Shown here piece by piece: positions 17,869-27,314 of a stretch of DNA of 64,000 nucleotides; position 1 is the stretch's first letter; every line of letters begins with the position of its first letter. The stretch covers positions 84,405-148,404 of the forward strand of contig CAXNMF010000007.1 of assembly GCA_964203275.1 (NCBI GenBank). The letters run 5' to 3'. The notes under the pieces were generated by a model that was not told where the DNA came from, did not search any database, and saw nothing but the letters and a program-made list of their open reading frames with translations. This stretch comes from Burkholderiales bacterium (lineage in GTDB: Bacteria; Pseudomonadota; Gammaproteobacteria; Burkholderiales; SG8-41). The position numbers and the translations under genes are program-made.

Positions 17869-19347
17869 ATGAGCGAAGCCACCAACCTGATTTTCATCAT
17901 GTCCGACGAGCACAACAAACGCGTGCTCGGCTGTGCGGGACATCCGATGATCAAGACACCCAACCTTGATGCGCTGGCCGCCCGCGGCACGCGCTTCACG
18001 TCTGCCTATACCAACTGCCCGATCTGCGTGCCGGCTCGCGCATCCTTCGCCACCGGCCAATACGTGCACAAGATCCGCTACTGGGACAACGCCATTGCCT
18101 ATGACGGCAAGATCCCGACCTGGGGTCACCGGCTGATGGCACAGGGCCATCATGTCGCCTCAATCGGCAAGCTGCATTACCTGGATTCGGAAGCCAAACG
18201 CAACGGCTTCGACGAAGAGATCCTGCCGCTGCATATCGTCAACGGCGTCGGCGATTTGCTGGGTCTGATCCGCGAGGAACTGCCGCGACGCTCAGGCTCC
18301 GCCAATCTCGGCCCGGAAGCCGGTCGTGGTGAATCCGAATACACCAAATATGATCGCGACATCGCCACCGAAACCATCAAGTGGCTGAAGACCAAGGCGC
18401 CGACATTAAAAGCCAAACCCTGGGCGTTATACGTAGGCTTTGTCTCGCCGCACTTCCCGCTAATCGCGCCACCGCAGTTCTACGACATGTATCCCGAGGA
18501 TGCAGTGCCCTGGCCCAATATGTATGACCACGACCAGCGCCCGCAGCATCCCTTCATCGACGCGATGCGCAAGAGCATGTGTTACGACGATCCCTTCGAT
18601 CCGCCGATGGTGCGCCGCGCGATCACCGCCTACTTCGGCCTGACTTCCTTCATGGATGACAACGTCGGCAAGATCCTGCGCACACTCGAAGAAACCGGCC
18701 TGATGAACAACACCCGCGTGGTTTATTCATCAGACCACGGCGACAACCTCGGCACCCGCGGCATGTGGGGCAAATCAACGATGTATGAAGAATCCGCCGG
18801 CATCCCGATGATCATGGCTGGCCCAGGCGTGCCTGCCGGCAATGTCTGCGACACACCGGTGACGCTGGCCGACGGTTTCCCGACTTTCATCCACGCGCTT
18901 GGTGCGAAAGCCCATACCGATGATGCAACACTGCCCGGCGTTTCATTGATCGATATCGCGCAGGGCAAGGTGCCGGCACGCACGATCCTTTCCGAATATC
19001 ACGCAGCGGCGTCAATGTGCGGTGCCTTCATGATCCGTCATGGGCAATGGAAGTACATCCATTACGCGACTGTGCCGCCAATGCTGTTTGACCTGAAGAA
19101 TGATCCTGAGGAACGCAAAGATCTCGGCCGCGACCCCGCTTACAAAGCAGTGATTGCCGAATGCGAACAGGCGCTGCGCAAAGTGGTCAACCCTGAGGCC
19201 GCGGACCAGCTCGCCAAAGCCGACCAGAAAGCGATGATCAATAAATTCGGCGGTGAAGACGCCATCCTCAAGCGCGGCACCTTCCGTTATTCCCCGCCCC
19301 CGGGCTCCAAGGCCGCGTACTTCGAAGCCAATCAGAACAAAAAATAA
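17869..19347 (+). CDS. Sulfatase-family hydrolase (Cys-type, formylglycine motif)
   Basis: LIFIMSDEHN...TNCPICVPARASFATGQ (C-x-P-x-R), then SSDHGD. No N-terminal signal peptide is visible. Confidence 0.85.
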   Translation: MSEATNLIFIMSDEHNKRVLGCAGHPMIKTPNLDALAARGTRFTSAYTNCPICVPARASFATGQYVHKIRYWDNAIAYDGKIPTWGHRLMAQGHHVASIGKLHYLDSEAKRNGFDEEILPLHIVNGVGDLLGLIREELPRRSGSANLGPEAGRGESEYTKYDRDIATETIKWLKTKAPTLKAKPWALYVGFVSPHFPLIAPPQFYDMYPEDAVPWPNMYDHDQRPQHPFIDAMRKSMCYDDPFDPPMVRRAITAYFGLTSFMDDNVGKILRTLEETGLMNNTRVVYSSDHGDNLGTRGMWGKSTMYEESAGIPMIMAGPGVPAGNVCDTPVTLADGFPTFIHALGAKAHTDDATLPGVSLIDIAQGKVPARTILSEYHAAASMCGAFMIRHGQWKYIHYATVPPMLFDLKNDPEERKDLGRDPAYKAVIAECEQALRKVVNPEAADQLAKADQKAMINKFGGEDAILKRGTFRYSPPPGSKAAYFEANQNKK

Positions 19348-19372
19348 CAGGATTCAACCGGAGGAGTAGACG

Positions 19373-20329
19373 ATGCGCAGAACACTGATGGTGGCGGCGC
19401 TGTTCGCCGCCGGACTTGCACAGGCCCAGGGTTATCCGAACAAACCCATTCGCATGATCGTGGCTTCGGCACCGGGCGGCGCGCCCGATATCCTTGGCCG
19501 TGCGATCGCGCAGAAAATGTCCGACAGCCTGGGCCAGCAGGTGGTCGTCGATAACCGCGCTGGCGCCAGCGGCCTGATCGGCGCCGAGATGGCGGCCAAG
19601 GCAACACCCGATGGCTACACGCTGTTCCTCGGCACCACAACGCTGTATGCCATCTTGCCCAATCTGAAAAAGAATCTGCCTTACGACATCCAGCGCGATT
19701 TCATTTCGGTCACGCAGATTGCCGGCGCCTCCAATGTGCTGGTGGTCAACGCCTCGGTAGCGGCGAAATCAGTTGCTGAACTGCTGCAACTTGCGAAGAC
19801 CAGACCCGGCGCATTGAACTACGCTTCCGCAGGCCGCGGCACGCCGGCCCATCTTGCCGGAGAGATGGTTAACGTGCTCGCCAACGTCAGCATGACCCAT
19901 GTGCCTTACAAGGGTGCGGGTCCCGCACTGCTTGATGTGATCGCCGGCCAGGTACAACTGATCATCACTTCACCGATTGCCGCGGGCCCGCATATCAACA
20001 GCGGCAAGGTACGCGCGCTGGCCACGACAGGCGCCAAGCGCAACCCTGCGCTGCCGGACTTGCCGACGGTGGCGGACACCCTGCCCGGTTATGAAATCAC
20101 CCAGTGGTGGGGGCTGTCGCTGCCCGCAAAGACGCCGCGTGCGATTAGCGGACGTTTGCAGTCAGAGGCAGTAAAAGCGGTAAATCTGCCCGAAGTCCGC
20201 GAGCGCATCACCCGCACGGGCGCAGAACCCGTCGGCGGCACGCCACAGGCTTTTGACGCCCTGATCACTGCCGAGCAACGGCGGTTGGGGGATGTCATCC
20301 GCAAGGCAAAAATCAGCCTCGAGGACTGA
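19373..20329 (+). CDS. Bug/TctC-family substrate-binding protein
   Basis: Signal peptide, then YPNKPIRMIVASAPGGAPDILGR and HVPYKGAGP. Confidence 0.9.
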   Translation: MRRTLMVAALFAAGLAQAQGYPNKPIRMIVASAPGGAPDILGRAIAQKMSDSLGQQVVVDNRAGASGLIGAEMAAKATPDGYTLFLGTTTLYAILPNLKKNLPYDIQRDFISVTQIAGASNVLVVNASVAAKSVAELLQLAKTRPGALNYASAGRGTPAHLAGEMVNVLANVSMTHVPYKGAGPALLDVIAGQVQLIITSPIAAGPHINSGKVRALATTGAKRNPALPDLPTVADTLPGYEITQWWGLSLPAKTPRAISGRLQSEAVKAVNLPEVRERITRTGAEPVGGTPQAFDALITAEQRRLGDVIRKAKISLED

Positions 20330-20354
20330 TGCGAAGGGTCGCGGCCAAAAAAAT

Positions 20355-20372
20355 GGGCACCCGAAGGTGCCC
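20355..20372. other. Short GC hairpin (GGGCACC-cgaa-GGTGCCC) after the Bug gene
   Basis: 7-bp perfect stem preceded by an A7 run, with no downstream T-run. Terminator function uncertain. Confidence 0.3.
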
Positions 20373-20499
20373 GAAGGGGATACATGCGTTCGCTCACAAA
20401 CTGCAGGCTGTTGATTTATCGCATCTTTTGCGACCAGCCAACAACGGGCAGAATGCTTACACTATAAAGACTGCGGGTTTCCGCTAAAGTTCCGCCGCC

Positions 20500-21426
20500 A
20501 TGACACTCACCGAATTGCGCTACATCGTCGCCGTTGCCCGCGAGCGGCATTTCGGCAGAGCTGCCGAAACCTGCTTCGTCAGCCAACCCACGCTGTCGGT
20601 TGCCGTCAAAAAACTGGAAGACGAACTTGGCGTGCAGATTTTCGAGCGTGGCCCCGGCGAACTGACCATCACGCCGGCCGGCAACCGCGTGATCGAGCAG
20701 GCGCAACGCGCGCTCGAAGAGGCCGAGAAAGTCAAAACCATCGCAAAATCAACGGCCGATCCTCTCGATGGCGCACTGAAGCTCGGCGTCATCTTTACCA
20801 TCGGCCCCTATCTGCTGCCGCAATTGATTCCGATTCTCAGGCGGCGCGCGCCGAAGATGCCTTTGATTCTTGAGGAAAATTACACTGCGGTATTGTCGGA
20901 ACGGTTGAAACGCGGTGACATCGATGCCGCCATCGTCGCGCTGCCCTTCGATGAACCGGGCATCACGATCACACCGCTTTACGACGAGGACTTCGTGGTC
21001 GCCCTGGCAAAAACCCATGACTGGGCCAAGCGCAAAACCATCTCATCGGATGCATTGGCCGGTGAAAGCCTGCTCCTGCTCGGCACCGGCCACTGCTTCC
21101 GTGACCAGATCCTCAACGCCTGCCCGTCACTGAACCGTTCCAGCGCGACCCCTGGCTCGCTGCAGAAAACCGTTGAAGGTTCCTCTCTGGAAACCATACG
21201 CCTGATGGTCGCCTCGGGACTCGGCATGACCGTATTGCCGGCATCGGCGATACCGGCAAAACGCGCTGGCAACGATCTGCTCACCTATATTCCGTTCAGC
21301 CGCCCCGTCCCCGACCGCCGCGTCGTACTCGCCTCCCGCTCCAGCTTCCCCCGCGCCGCCGCACTCGACGTCATTCGTGACGCCATTGCTGCCTGCGCCC
21401 TCAACGGCACCGCCGTCGCCAAATAA
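20500..21426 (+). CDS. oxyR: LysR-family hydrogen peroxide sensor/regulator OxyR
   Basis: N-terminal HTH (MTLTELRYIVAVARERHFGRAAE) and the redox-Cys block LLLLGTGHCFRDQILNAC...SSLETIRLMVASGLG, which aligns with the E. coli OxyR C199/C208 region. Confidence 0.85.
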   Translation: MTLTELRYIVAVARERHFGRAAETCFVSQPTLSVAVKKLEDELGVQIFERGPGELTITPAGNRVIEQAQRALEEAEKVKTIAKSTADPLDGALKLGVIFTIGPYLLPQLIPILRRRAPKMPLILEENYTAVLSERLKRGDIDAAIVALPFDEPGITITPLYDEDFVVALAKTHDWAKRKTISSDALAGESLLLLGTGHCFRDQILNACPSLNRSSATPGSLQKTVEGSSLETIRLMVASGLGMTVLPASAIPAKRAGNDLLTYIPFSRPVPDRRVVLASRSSFPRAAALDVIRDAIAACALNGTAVAK

Positions 21427-21465
21427 AACCCTGCAATAACAACGGGTTATCAGCATGCCCAAGGG

Positions 21466-21502
21466 ATAGTAATTTACTATCTATCAATTAATAACAATCA
21501 AT
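21466..21502 (+). promoter_or_regulatory. OxyR-type operator (ATAG-N7-CTAT-N7-ttaa-N7-caat) upstream of the rubrerythrin-like gene
   Basis: The first half-site pair, ATAGtaatttaCTAT, is perfect and the second is degenerate. It lies in an AT-rich patch 80-120 bp upstream of the ATG at 21585. Confidence 0.55.
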
Positions 21503-21584
21503 TGGATTAATCATCTTCGGATCTCCAGAATGCATCCCATGCGTTGAGAGACGCACAACTTTTCAACCCTCAGGAGATACACAG

Positions 21585-22055
21585 ATGAAAGCCGAATCCG
21601 TCACCGTCAAGAACATCGAAGCCGCCTTCGCCGGCGAATCCATGGCGCACATCAAGTACATGTACTTCGCCAAGATCTGCCGCGAACAGGGCGATGTTGA
21701 AACCGCGAAAGTGTTCGAAGAAACCGCCGCACAGGAAGTGCAGCACGCTTTCGGCCACCTCGACCTGCTTTTCCCGAAAACCGAACTGACTCCGGCCAAG
21801 GCGCTCGACATGGCGATCGCCGGTGAGACCTACGAGTACACCGAAATGTATCCGCAGTTCCGCCACCTCGCCGAACAGGAAGGCAATCACGCCGCAGTCA
21901 AGGAAATGGACGAGCAGATCGAAGAATCGAAGGAACACGCCGCCCGCTTCCAGCAGACGCTGGCCAAGGCCGCCAAGCGCTTCGCCGCGCTGGCCAAGGT
22001 CGAAGAGCGCCACGCCAACCACTACCGTTCAGTGCGCGCAAAAGTCGCAGCCTGA
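21585..22055 (+). CDS. Rubrerythrin-family diiron protein lacking the rubredoxin domain (erythrin/sulerythrin-like)
   Basis: 156 aa with two E..ExxH diiron motifs (GESMAH...EVQHAFGH; GETYEY...SKEHAARF). There is no C-terminal CxxC pair. Confidence 0.8.
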   Translation: MKAESVTVKNIEAAFAGESMAHIKYMYFAKICREQGDVETAKVFEETAAQEVQHAFGHLDLLFPKTELTPAKALDMAIAGETYEYTEMYPQFRHLAEQEGNHAAVKEMDEQIEESKEHAARFQQTLAKAAKRFAALAKVEERHANHYRSVRAKVAA

Positions 22056-22080
22056 TCAACCAACATCACATCAAGGAGAA

Positions 22081-22269
22081 ATGAATATGGCAACCGAATT
22101 TCGTAAATGGGAATGCATCGTCTGTGGTTACGTTTATGACGAAGCCGCTGGCGATCCGGAACACGGCATCCAGGCCGGCACACGCTGGGAAGACATCCCG
22201 GAAAACTGGGAATGCCCGGAGTGCGGCGTCGCCAAAGCCGACTTTGAAATGGTGTTGAAGGCCGCGTAA
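22081..22269 (+). CDS. Rubredoxin
   Basis: 62 aa with WECIVCGYVYD...WECPECG (two CxxCG knuckles). AAGGAGAA sits immediately upstream. Confidence 0.9.
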   Translation: MNMATEFRKWECIVCGYVYDEAAGDPEHGIQAGTRWEDIPENWECPECGVAKADFEMVLKAA

Positions 22270-22281
22270 CAAGCCGCAACA

Positions 22282-22309
22282 AGCACCCGCCGCCAACGGC
22301 GGGTGCTTT
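22282..22309 (+). terminator. Probable intrinsic terminator after rubredoxin
   Basis: AGCACCCGCC-gccaac-GGCGGGTGCT (perfect 10-bp stem) followed by a short TTT. Confidence 0.55.
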
Positions 22310-22361
22310 GAATACAAGCCGTCATTGTTCAGTAGTTCATTGATGGCATCAGGAGACCGCA

Positions 22362-23255
22362 ATGGCTGAAATGATTATGAATGCACGCCGCATTGCCGCC
22401 GAGCCCACCTGGCAGCGACTGGTTGCGTTCATCATTTTCGCCGTTGCCGTCGCCGCTGCCGGCATCGCATTGCTGGATGCCGCATCCGCCAACGAAACCT
22501 TGCGCGCCGCACTCGCTGCGACGCTGTTCACCGCATTTGCCACCGGCGCGGGCGCGCTGCCTGTGGTGTTTGTGCGCCATATATCCGATGCGGCCCGCGA
22601 CAGCCTGCTCGGCTTCGGCGCCGGCGTCATGCTCGCCGCCAGTTACTTCTCATTGCTCTCCCCTGCACTCGAATCCGCGACAACGGTCGCCGGCAACGCG
22701 GGCGGCGGCGCATTGATGGTCGCCATGGGATTAAGTCTTGGCGCCGCTGTTCTGATGGCGGCCGACCGCTGGTTACCGCATGAACACTTTGTCAAAGGCC
22801 GCGAAGGCGGCTCGTCGCATCATGATGCCAGCCTCTGGCTGTTCGTCATCGCCATCACATTGCACAACGTGCCGGAAGGCCTCGCTGTTGGTGTCGCACA
22901 GGGCGGCGGCAATGGCACGGCACTCACCGCCGGCATCGCCATCCAGAACATGCCGGAAGGTCTGATCGTCGCCATCGCATTGGTCTCGCTCGGCATTTCG
23001 CGCATGAAAGCAGCCGCACTTGCGCTCGCCACCGGCATGGCCGAACCGCTGGGCGGCCTCATCGGCGCAAGCGCAATCAGTCACGCCGCCGCGATGTTGC
23101 CCTGGGGACTGGCCTTCGCCGCTGGTGCCATGCTTTTCGTGATCAGCCATGAGATCATCCCCGAGACCCACCGCAACGGCAATGAACGCGTCGCGACCAT
23201 CGGCCTCATTGGCGGCTTTGTGCTGATGATGCTGTTTGATACCATGCTGCGCTGA
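22362..23255 (+). CDS. ZIP-family divalent metal transporter (ZupT-like)
   Basis: Polytopic protein with the ZIP signature ITLHNVPEGLAVG and a second NMPEGL motif. Confidence 0.85.
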   Translation: MAEMIMNARRIAAEPTWQRLVAFIIFAVAVAAAGIALLDAASANETLRAALAATLFTAFATGAGALPVVFVRHISDAARDSLLGFGAGVMLAASYFSLLSPALESATTVAGNAGGGALMVAMGLSLGAAVLMAADRWLPHEHFVKGREGGSSHHDASLWLFVIAITLHNVPEGLAVGVAQGGGNGTALTAGIAIQNMPEGLIVAIALVSLGISRMKAAALALATGMAEPLGGLIGASAISHAAAMLPWGLAFAAGAMLFVISHEIIPETHRNGNERVATIGLIGGFVLMMLFDTMLR

Positions 23256-23294
23256 TTTTTCGCATATTCCACGCATACCCCAGGAAAGAAACCC

Positions 23295-24440
23295 ATGCAC
23301 CCCATCATCATCGTCGGCAGTGGTCTTGCCGGTTACAACACCGCCAAGGAACTGCGAAAACTCGATACCACGACACCGCTTGTCGTGATTGCCTCCGACA
23401 GCAGCTCGTTTTATTCAAAGCCGATGCTTTCCAACGCCATCGCCTCGAAAAAAACACCGGTCGCCCTTGCACTGAACACACCGGATCAGATGTCGGAACA
23501 ATTGAAAGGCACCGTGCGCGCAGGAACGCGTGTAGACGCGATCGACACGGCTGCGCACACGCTGAAGATCGGCAATGAAACCCTGCATTATTCAAAACTG
23601 GTGCTGGCGCTGGGTGCCGACCAGATCCGCCTGCCGATTTCCGGCAGCGGCGCTGCAGATATCCAGACCGTCAACGACCTCGATGACTACGCCCGCTTCC
23701 GCAGCGCAATCGACGGCAAGAAACGTGTCGCCATCATCGGCGCCGGCCTGATCGGCTGCGAATTCGCCAACGACCTCGCCGCCGGCGGTTACGCTGTTGA
23801 CATCATCGACATCGCGCAACAGGCGCTGGGCCGCCTGCTGCCGGCCGAAGGCGGCGCGATGCTCAAGGACAAACTGTCGGCGCTCGGCGTGCAATGGCAC
23901 CTCGGTACCAGTGTGCAGTCCGTAGACTCCGTCGATGGCGCTTACACGCTGACGCTGGCCAACGGTGCATCACTGCAAGCCGACATCGTGCTGTCGGCCG
24001 TCGGCCTCAAGCCGCGCACCGCGCTCGCCGCTGCCGCAGGCATCAAGGTTAATCGCGGCGTCGTTGCCGACCGCAATCTTGCCACCAGCGCACCTGACGT
24101 CTACACGCTGGGCGATTGTGCGGAAATCGAAGGCATGGTGATGCCTTACGTGATGCCGATCATGCATGCCTCGCGCGCACTGGCACAGACGCTGGCGGGC
24201 AAACCAACCGCTGTCTCCTTCCCCGCGATGCCAGTGATGGTCAAGACGCCGGCCTGCCCGACCATCGTCGCACCGCCAGCGATCGGTGCGGCCGGCACAT
24301 GGCAGGTCGAAGCCACCGCCGATGGCGTGAAATCACTGTTCACCGCCGCCGACGGCAAACTGCTGGGCTTCGCGCTCAACGGCGCCGCCACGGCTGAACG
24401 CGCCAAACTCGCGCCGCAGTTGCCGGCCGTGCTCGCCTGA
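23295..24440 (+). CDS. FAD-dependent pyridine nucleotide-disulfide oxidoreductase, rubredoxin-NAD(+) reductase type
   Basis: Two dinucleotide folds (IIIVGSGLAGYNTA; VAIIGAGLIGCEFA). About 380 aa, in rubredoxin gene context. Confidence 0.75.
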   Translation: MHPIIIVGSGLAGYNTAKELRKLDTTTPLVVIASDSSSFYSKPMLSNAIASKKTPVALALNTPDQMSEQLKGTVRAGTRVDAIDTAAHTLKIGNETLHYSKLVLALGADQIRLPISGSGAADIQTVNDLDDYARFRSAIDGKKRVAIIGAGLIGCEFANDLAAGGYAVDIIDIAQQALGRLLPAEGGAMLKDKLSALGVQWHLGTSVQSVDSVDGAYTLTLANGASLQADIVLSAVGLKPRTALAAAAGIKVNRGVVADRNLATSAPDVYTLGDCAEIEGMVMPYVMPIMHASRALAQTLAGKPTAVSFPAMPVMVKTPACPTIVAPPAIGAAGTWQVEATADGVKSLFTAADGKLLGFALNGAATAERAKLAPQLPAVLA

Positions 24441-24517
24441 GTCCCTGAGTCCTGGAATCGATTGCCCCCCTTTGGCCATCGCAATACCGGTAACGGCGGC
24501 AGTGTAGTATTCGGTCA

Positions 24518-25120
24518 ATGCTGCCGCCCGTCACCAAAACACTGCTGTTCGCGAACATCGCGGTTTTCCTGCTGCAGGAACTTCTCGGCGACATCCTGAT
24601 CGTCTGGTTCGGCCTGTGGCCCCTGCACACACCCGCAGCCTACGGCACCGGCTTCATGCCGTGGCAGGTCATCACCTACGGTTTCCTGCATGGCGGGCTG
24701 ATGCACATCGGCTTCAACATGCTGGCGCTATACATGTTCGGTGGTCAGCTGGAAATGGTATTCGGGCGGCGGCGTTTCTTGGTGTATTACCTCGGTTGCA
24801 TCTTTTCAGCGGCACTGACGCAACTGGCCGTGCTGTCATTCGTCGGCGGAGACGCTTATCCGACAGTCGGCGCTTCAGGCGGCGTATTCGGCCTGCTGCT
24901 CGCCTACGGCCTGCTTTTTCCGCACAACAAAGTCATGCTGTTGTTCCCGCCGATTCCGATGCCGGCCTGGCTTTTTGTTTCGCTCTACGGCCTGCTGGAA
25001 ATTTATCTCGGCGTCACCGGCACTCAATCCGGCGTGGCGCATTTTGCGCACCTCGGCGGCATGATCGGCGGCTGGCTGCTGATTCGCCAGTGGCGCAGAC
25101 GGCCGCCGGACCGCTATTGA
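24518..25120 (+). CDS. Rhomboid-family intramembrane serine protease
   Basis: HGGLMHIGFNM, the catalytic GASGGVFG and the C-terminal AHLGGMIGG motifs. Confidence 0.85.
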   Translation: MLPPVTKTLLFANIAVFLLQELLGDILIVWFGLWPLHTPAAYGTGFMPWQVITYGFLHGGLMHIGFNMLALYMFGGQLEMVFGRRRFLVYYLGCIFSAALTQLAVLSFVGGDAYPTVGASGGVFGLLLAYGLLFPHNKVMLLFPPIPMPAWLFVSLYGLLEIYLGVTGTQSGVAHFAHLGGMIGGWLLIRQWRRRPPDRY

Positions 25121-25136
25121 TGAAGCTGTGGCGCGT

Positions 25137-25994
25137 TCAGGCCCAGCAACGCTGCAGCACGACACGAATCCACTCGTCCCCGGTATCCAGCGTCGAATAC
25201 ACCAACGGTTGGTGCATGTCAGCATCTCCCCGTATCCGCTGCAGGCGCGCAACACGGACATTGGCATCCCGCACGGTATAACCGTAACGCCCGTAACGGT
25301 CGCGTTCGATCGCCGTTTCTGCCGCTGGCGCATCGCGCAACCAGATCCATTCAGCGACAAAGTCCTGCGCCAGCCGCTCCAGTTCCTGATACAGATCGCG
25401 GTCCAATGACTGCGGCGGTACACAGCGTTGCGCCTTTACCACGCCTTCAACCCCGCACAATGCGCAGATGGCGGCCCACTCCGCAGCGCCTTCGGTCACC
25501 TTTAATTCAATTGCTTCGCTGTCACGCTTGATCTGAAACAGCGCATCACGTTCATGGTTCAGCACATAACCCGACCATAACGAGCGGCTGCGCCGCACCA
25601 CCGCAAAGGCCAGTTGCAGAGTCGCGTCCGCTGCGACCTCGAAATAACGATTCGCGGTGTCCGCACCGCCCGTGACAATGGGATCTTCGGTGTGATCCAC
25701 GATCTTGCCGCCAGCCATCCGCGCACGCCCGCGACGACCGGCAGCCAGATTGACCCACTCGGCCACCACTTCCAGCTGCGGAAACTCCTGCGAAGCCAGT
25801 GCAAATGCAGGAAACGGTACGCCGCCCCGCACCTTGAAATCATACGAAAGCGCGTCATCACCGTGATGCTCCTCGAATCCGCCCTCGAAGATTTCTTCGA
25901 CCAGCAAGGCCTTGATTCTCGCGTCAGCAGCCGTCAGCAGCGCACTGTCACCGCTGACCGTCAGAGTGGCGTGTATCAGCAGGTCAGCGCTCAT
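25137..25994 (-). CDS. Hypothetical protein (no family recognised)
   Basis: 285-aa ORF with GC-typical codon usage. Its ATG overlaps the stop of the FNT channel gene (ATGA, 25991-25994). Confidence 0.6.
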   Translation of the reverse strand: MSADLLIHATLTVSGDSALLTAADARIKALLVEEIFEGGFEEHHGDDALSYDFKVRGGVPFPAFALASQEFPQLEVVAEWVNLAAGRRGRARMAGGKIVDHTEDPIVTGGADTANRYFEVAADATLQLAFAVVRRSRSLWSGYVLNHERDALFQIKRDSEAIELKVTEGAAEWAAICALCGVEGVVKAQRCVPPQSLDRDLYQELERLAQDFVAEWIWLRDAPAAETAIERDRYGRYGYTVRDANVRVARLQRIRGDADMHQPLVYSTLDTGDEWIRVVLQRCWA

Positions 25995-26821
25995 TCACCG
26001 AGCTTTTTCGGACGGATGTAAATCACGTAATACACCAGGGCCACCAATACGCTGCCGCCAACGATGTTGCCGATGATGACCGGTATCAGGTTACGGAACA
26101 TGGCATACACTGAAATGAACTCGGCCCCGGCCGGCAACGCGACACCCGATGCCTTCAGCAGCAGAGCCAGCGGAAAAAAATACATGTTTGCAACGGAGTG
26201 CTCGAATCCGGCCGCAACAAATGCCGATATCGGCAGCACGATGGCAAAAAACTTGTCGACCACGGTACGTCCGGCAAGCACCATCCAGACCGCCATGCAC
26301 ACCAGCACGTTGCACAACACGCCGCGGAAAAAAAGTTCCGAAACCGGCATGGCGCTTTTTGCCGCAGCGATCTTCAGATAAGTCTGCACGACGGCGCCGG
26401 CATTCATGCTGGTGTGACCCGACAGGAACACCAGCAAGGCGAGGCCGGCAGCACCGACAAAATTGGCGACGCACACCACCACCCAGTTGCGCATCACTTC
26501 TGCCGTGCTGACTTTGCCGTCGGCCCAGGCCATGGCCAGCAGGTTATTGCCGGTAAAGAGTTCTGCGCCCGCCACCACGACCAGCAACAAACCCAGCGAG
26601 AAACAAATACCCCCGAGAACACGGCCAACGCCAAACGAAAGGCCGGCATCACTGATCACCAGCGTGAAATACAGCGCACCGAGACCGATAAAAGCCCCGG
26701 CCAGCATCCCGAGCATCGCCATCGACAGCAGCGGCAGGCGCGCCTTGGTGACACCGATGTTATCGACCCGCTCCGCGATCTGCTGCGGCGAATAGGCATC
26801 CATGCTGAAGCTGTCGGCCAT
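25991..26821 (-). CDS. Formate/nitrite transporter (FNT) family channel
   Basis: Start at MADSFSM with GGGGGAAT upstream. Contains GAELFTGNNL and GFEHSVANMYF signature loops. Confidence 0.85.
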   Translation of the reverse strand: MADSFSMDAYSPQQIAERVDNIGVTKARLPLLSMAMLGMLAGAFIGLGALYFTLVISDAGLSFGVGRVLGGICFSLGLLLVVVAGAELFTGNNLLAMAWADGKVSTAEVMRNWVVVCVANFVGAAGLALLVFLSGHTSMNAGAVVQTYLKIAAAKSAMPVSELFFRGVLCNVLVCMAVWMVLAGRTVVDKFFAIVLPISAFVAAGFEHSVANMYFFPLALLLKASGVALPAGAEFISVYAMFRNLIPVIIGNIVGGSVLVALVYYVIYIRPKKLGE

Positions 26822-26903
26822 CTCGATTCCCCCGTGATTTTTCTGTCCGCTTCCGTGCGGATAGTGTAAGCGCAGCGCGCGGAATCGGGTAATCTTGCGG
26901 CCC

Positions 26904-27314
26904 ATGAAAACCCGCAAGCGCATACCGGCCCTGAAGCTCGCTGACTATTACATGGGACGTGACCGCGAGTACCACGCCGAACTGACGCCGGAACTGCGCG
27001 CCAATGCGCGCGAAACCGTGCGCCGCGTGAACCGCCTGCTCAAACGCGCCGGCCTCCACCGCCAGGTCACTTCGGGTTGGCGGCCGGCGGCGATCAACGC
27101 GACCGTGCCGGGCGCCGCAAAAGGCAGCAAACACATCAGCTGCATTGCCATTGATCTCGAAGACCGTGATGGCGCGCTGGATGCCTGGTGCATGGCTCAT
27201 CTCGACGTGCTTGAAGAGCTTGGTCTGTGGCTGGAACACCCGGATGCAACGCCGGACTGGTGTCATCTGCAAACATTGCCGCCCCGCTCCGGCAATCGGG
27301 TTTTCGAACCGTGA
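26904..27314 (+). CDS. Peptidase M15-family (VanY/D-Ala-D-Ala carboxypeptidase-like) metallopeptidase
   Basis: SGWRPAAINATVPGAAKGSKHISCIAIDLED...DWCHLQ gives an H-x6-D...H zinc-ligand pattern. The start is uncertain (ATG 26904 or TTG 26895). Confidence 0.65.
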   Translation: MKTRKRIPALKLADYYMGRDREYHAELTPELRANARETVRRVNRLLKRAGLHRQVTSGWRPAAINATVPGAAKGSKHISCIAIDLEDRDGALDAWCMAHLDVLEELGLWLEHPDATPDWCHLQTLPPRSGNRVFEP

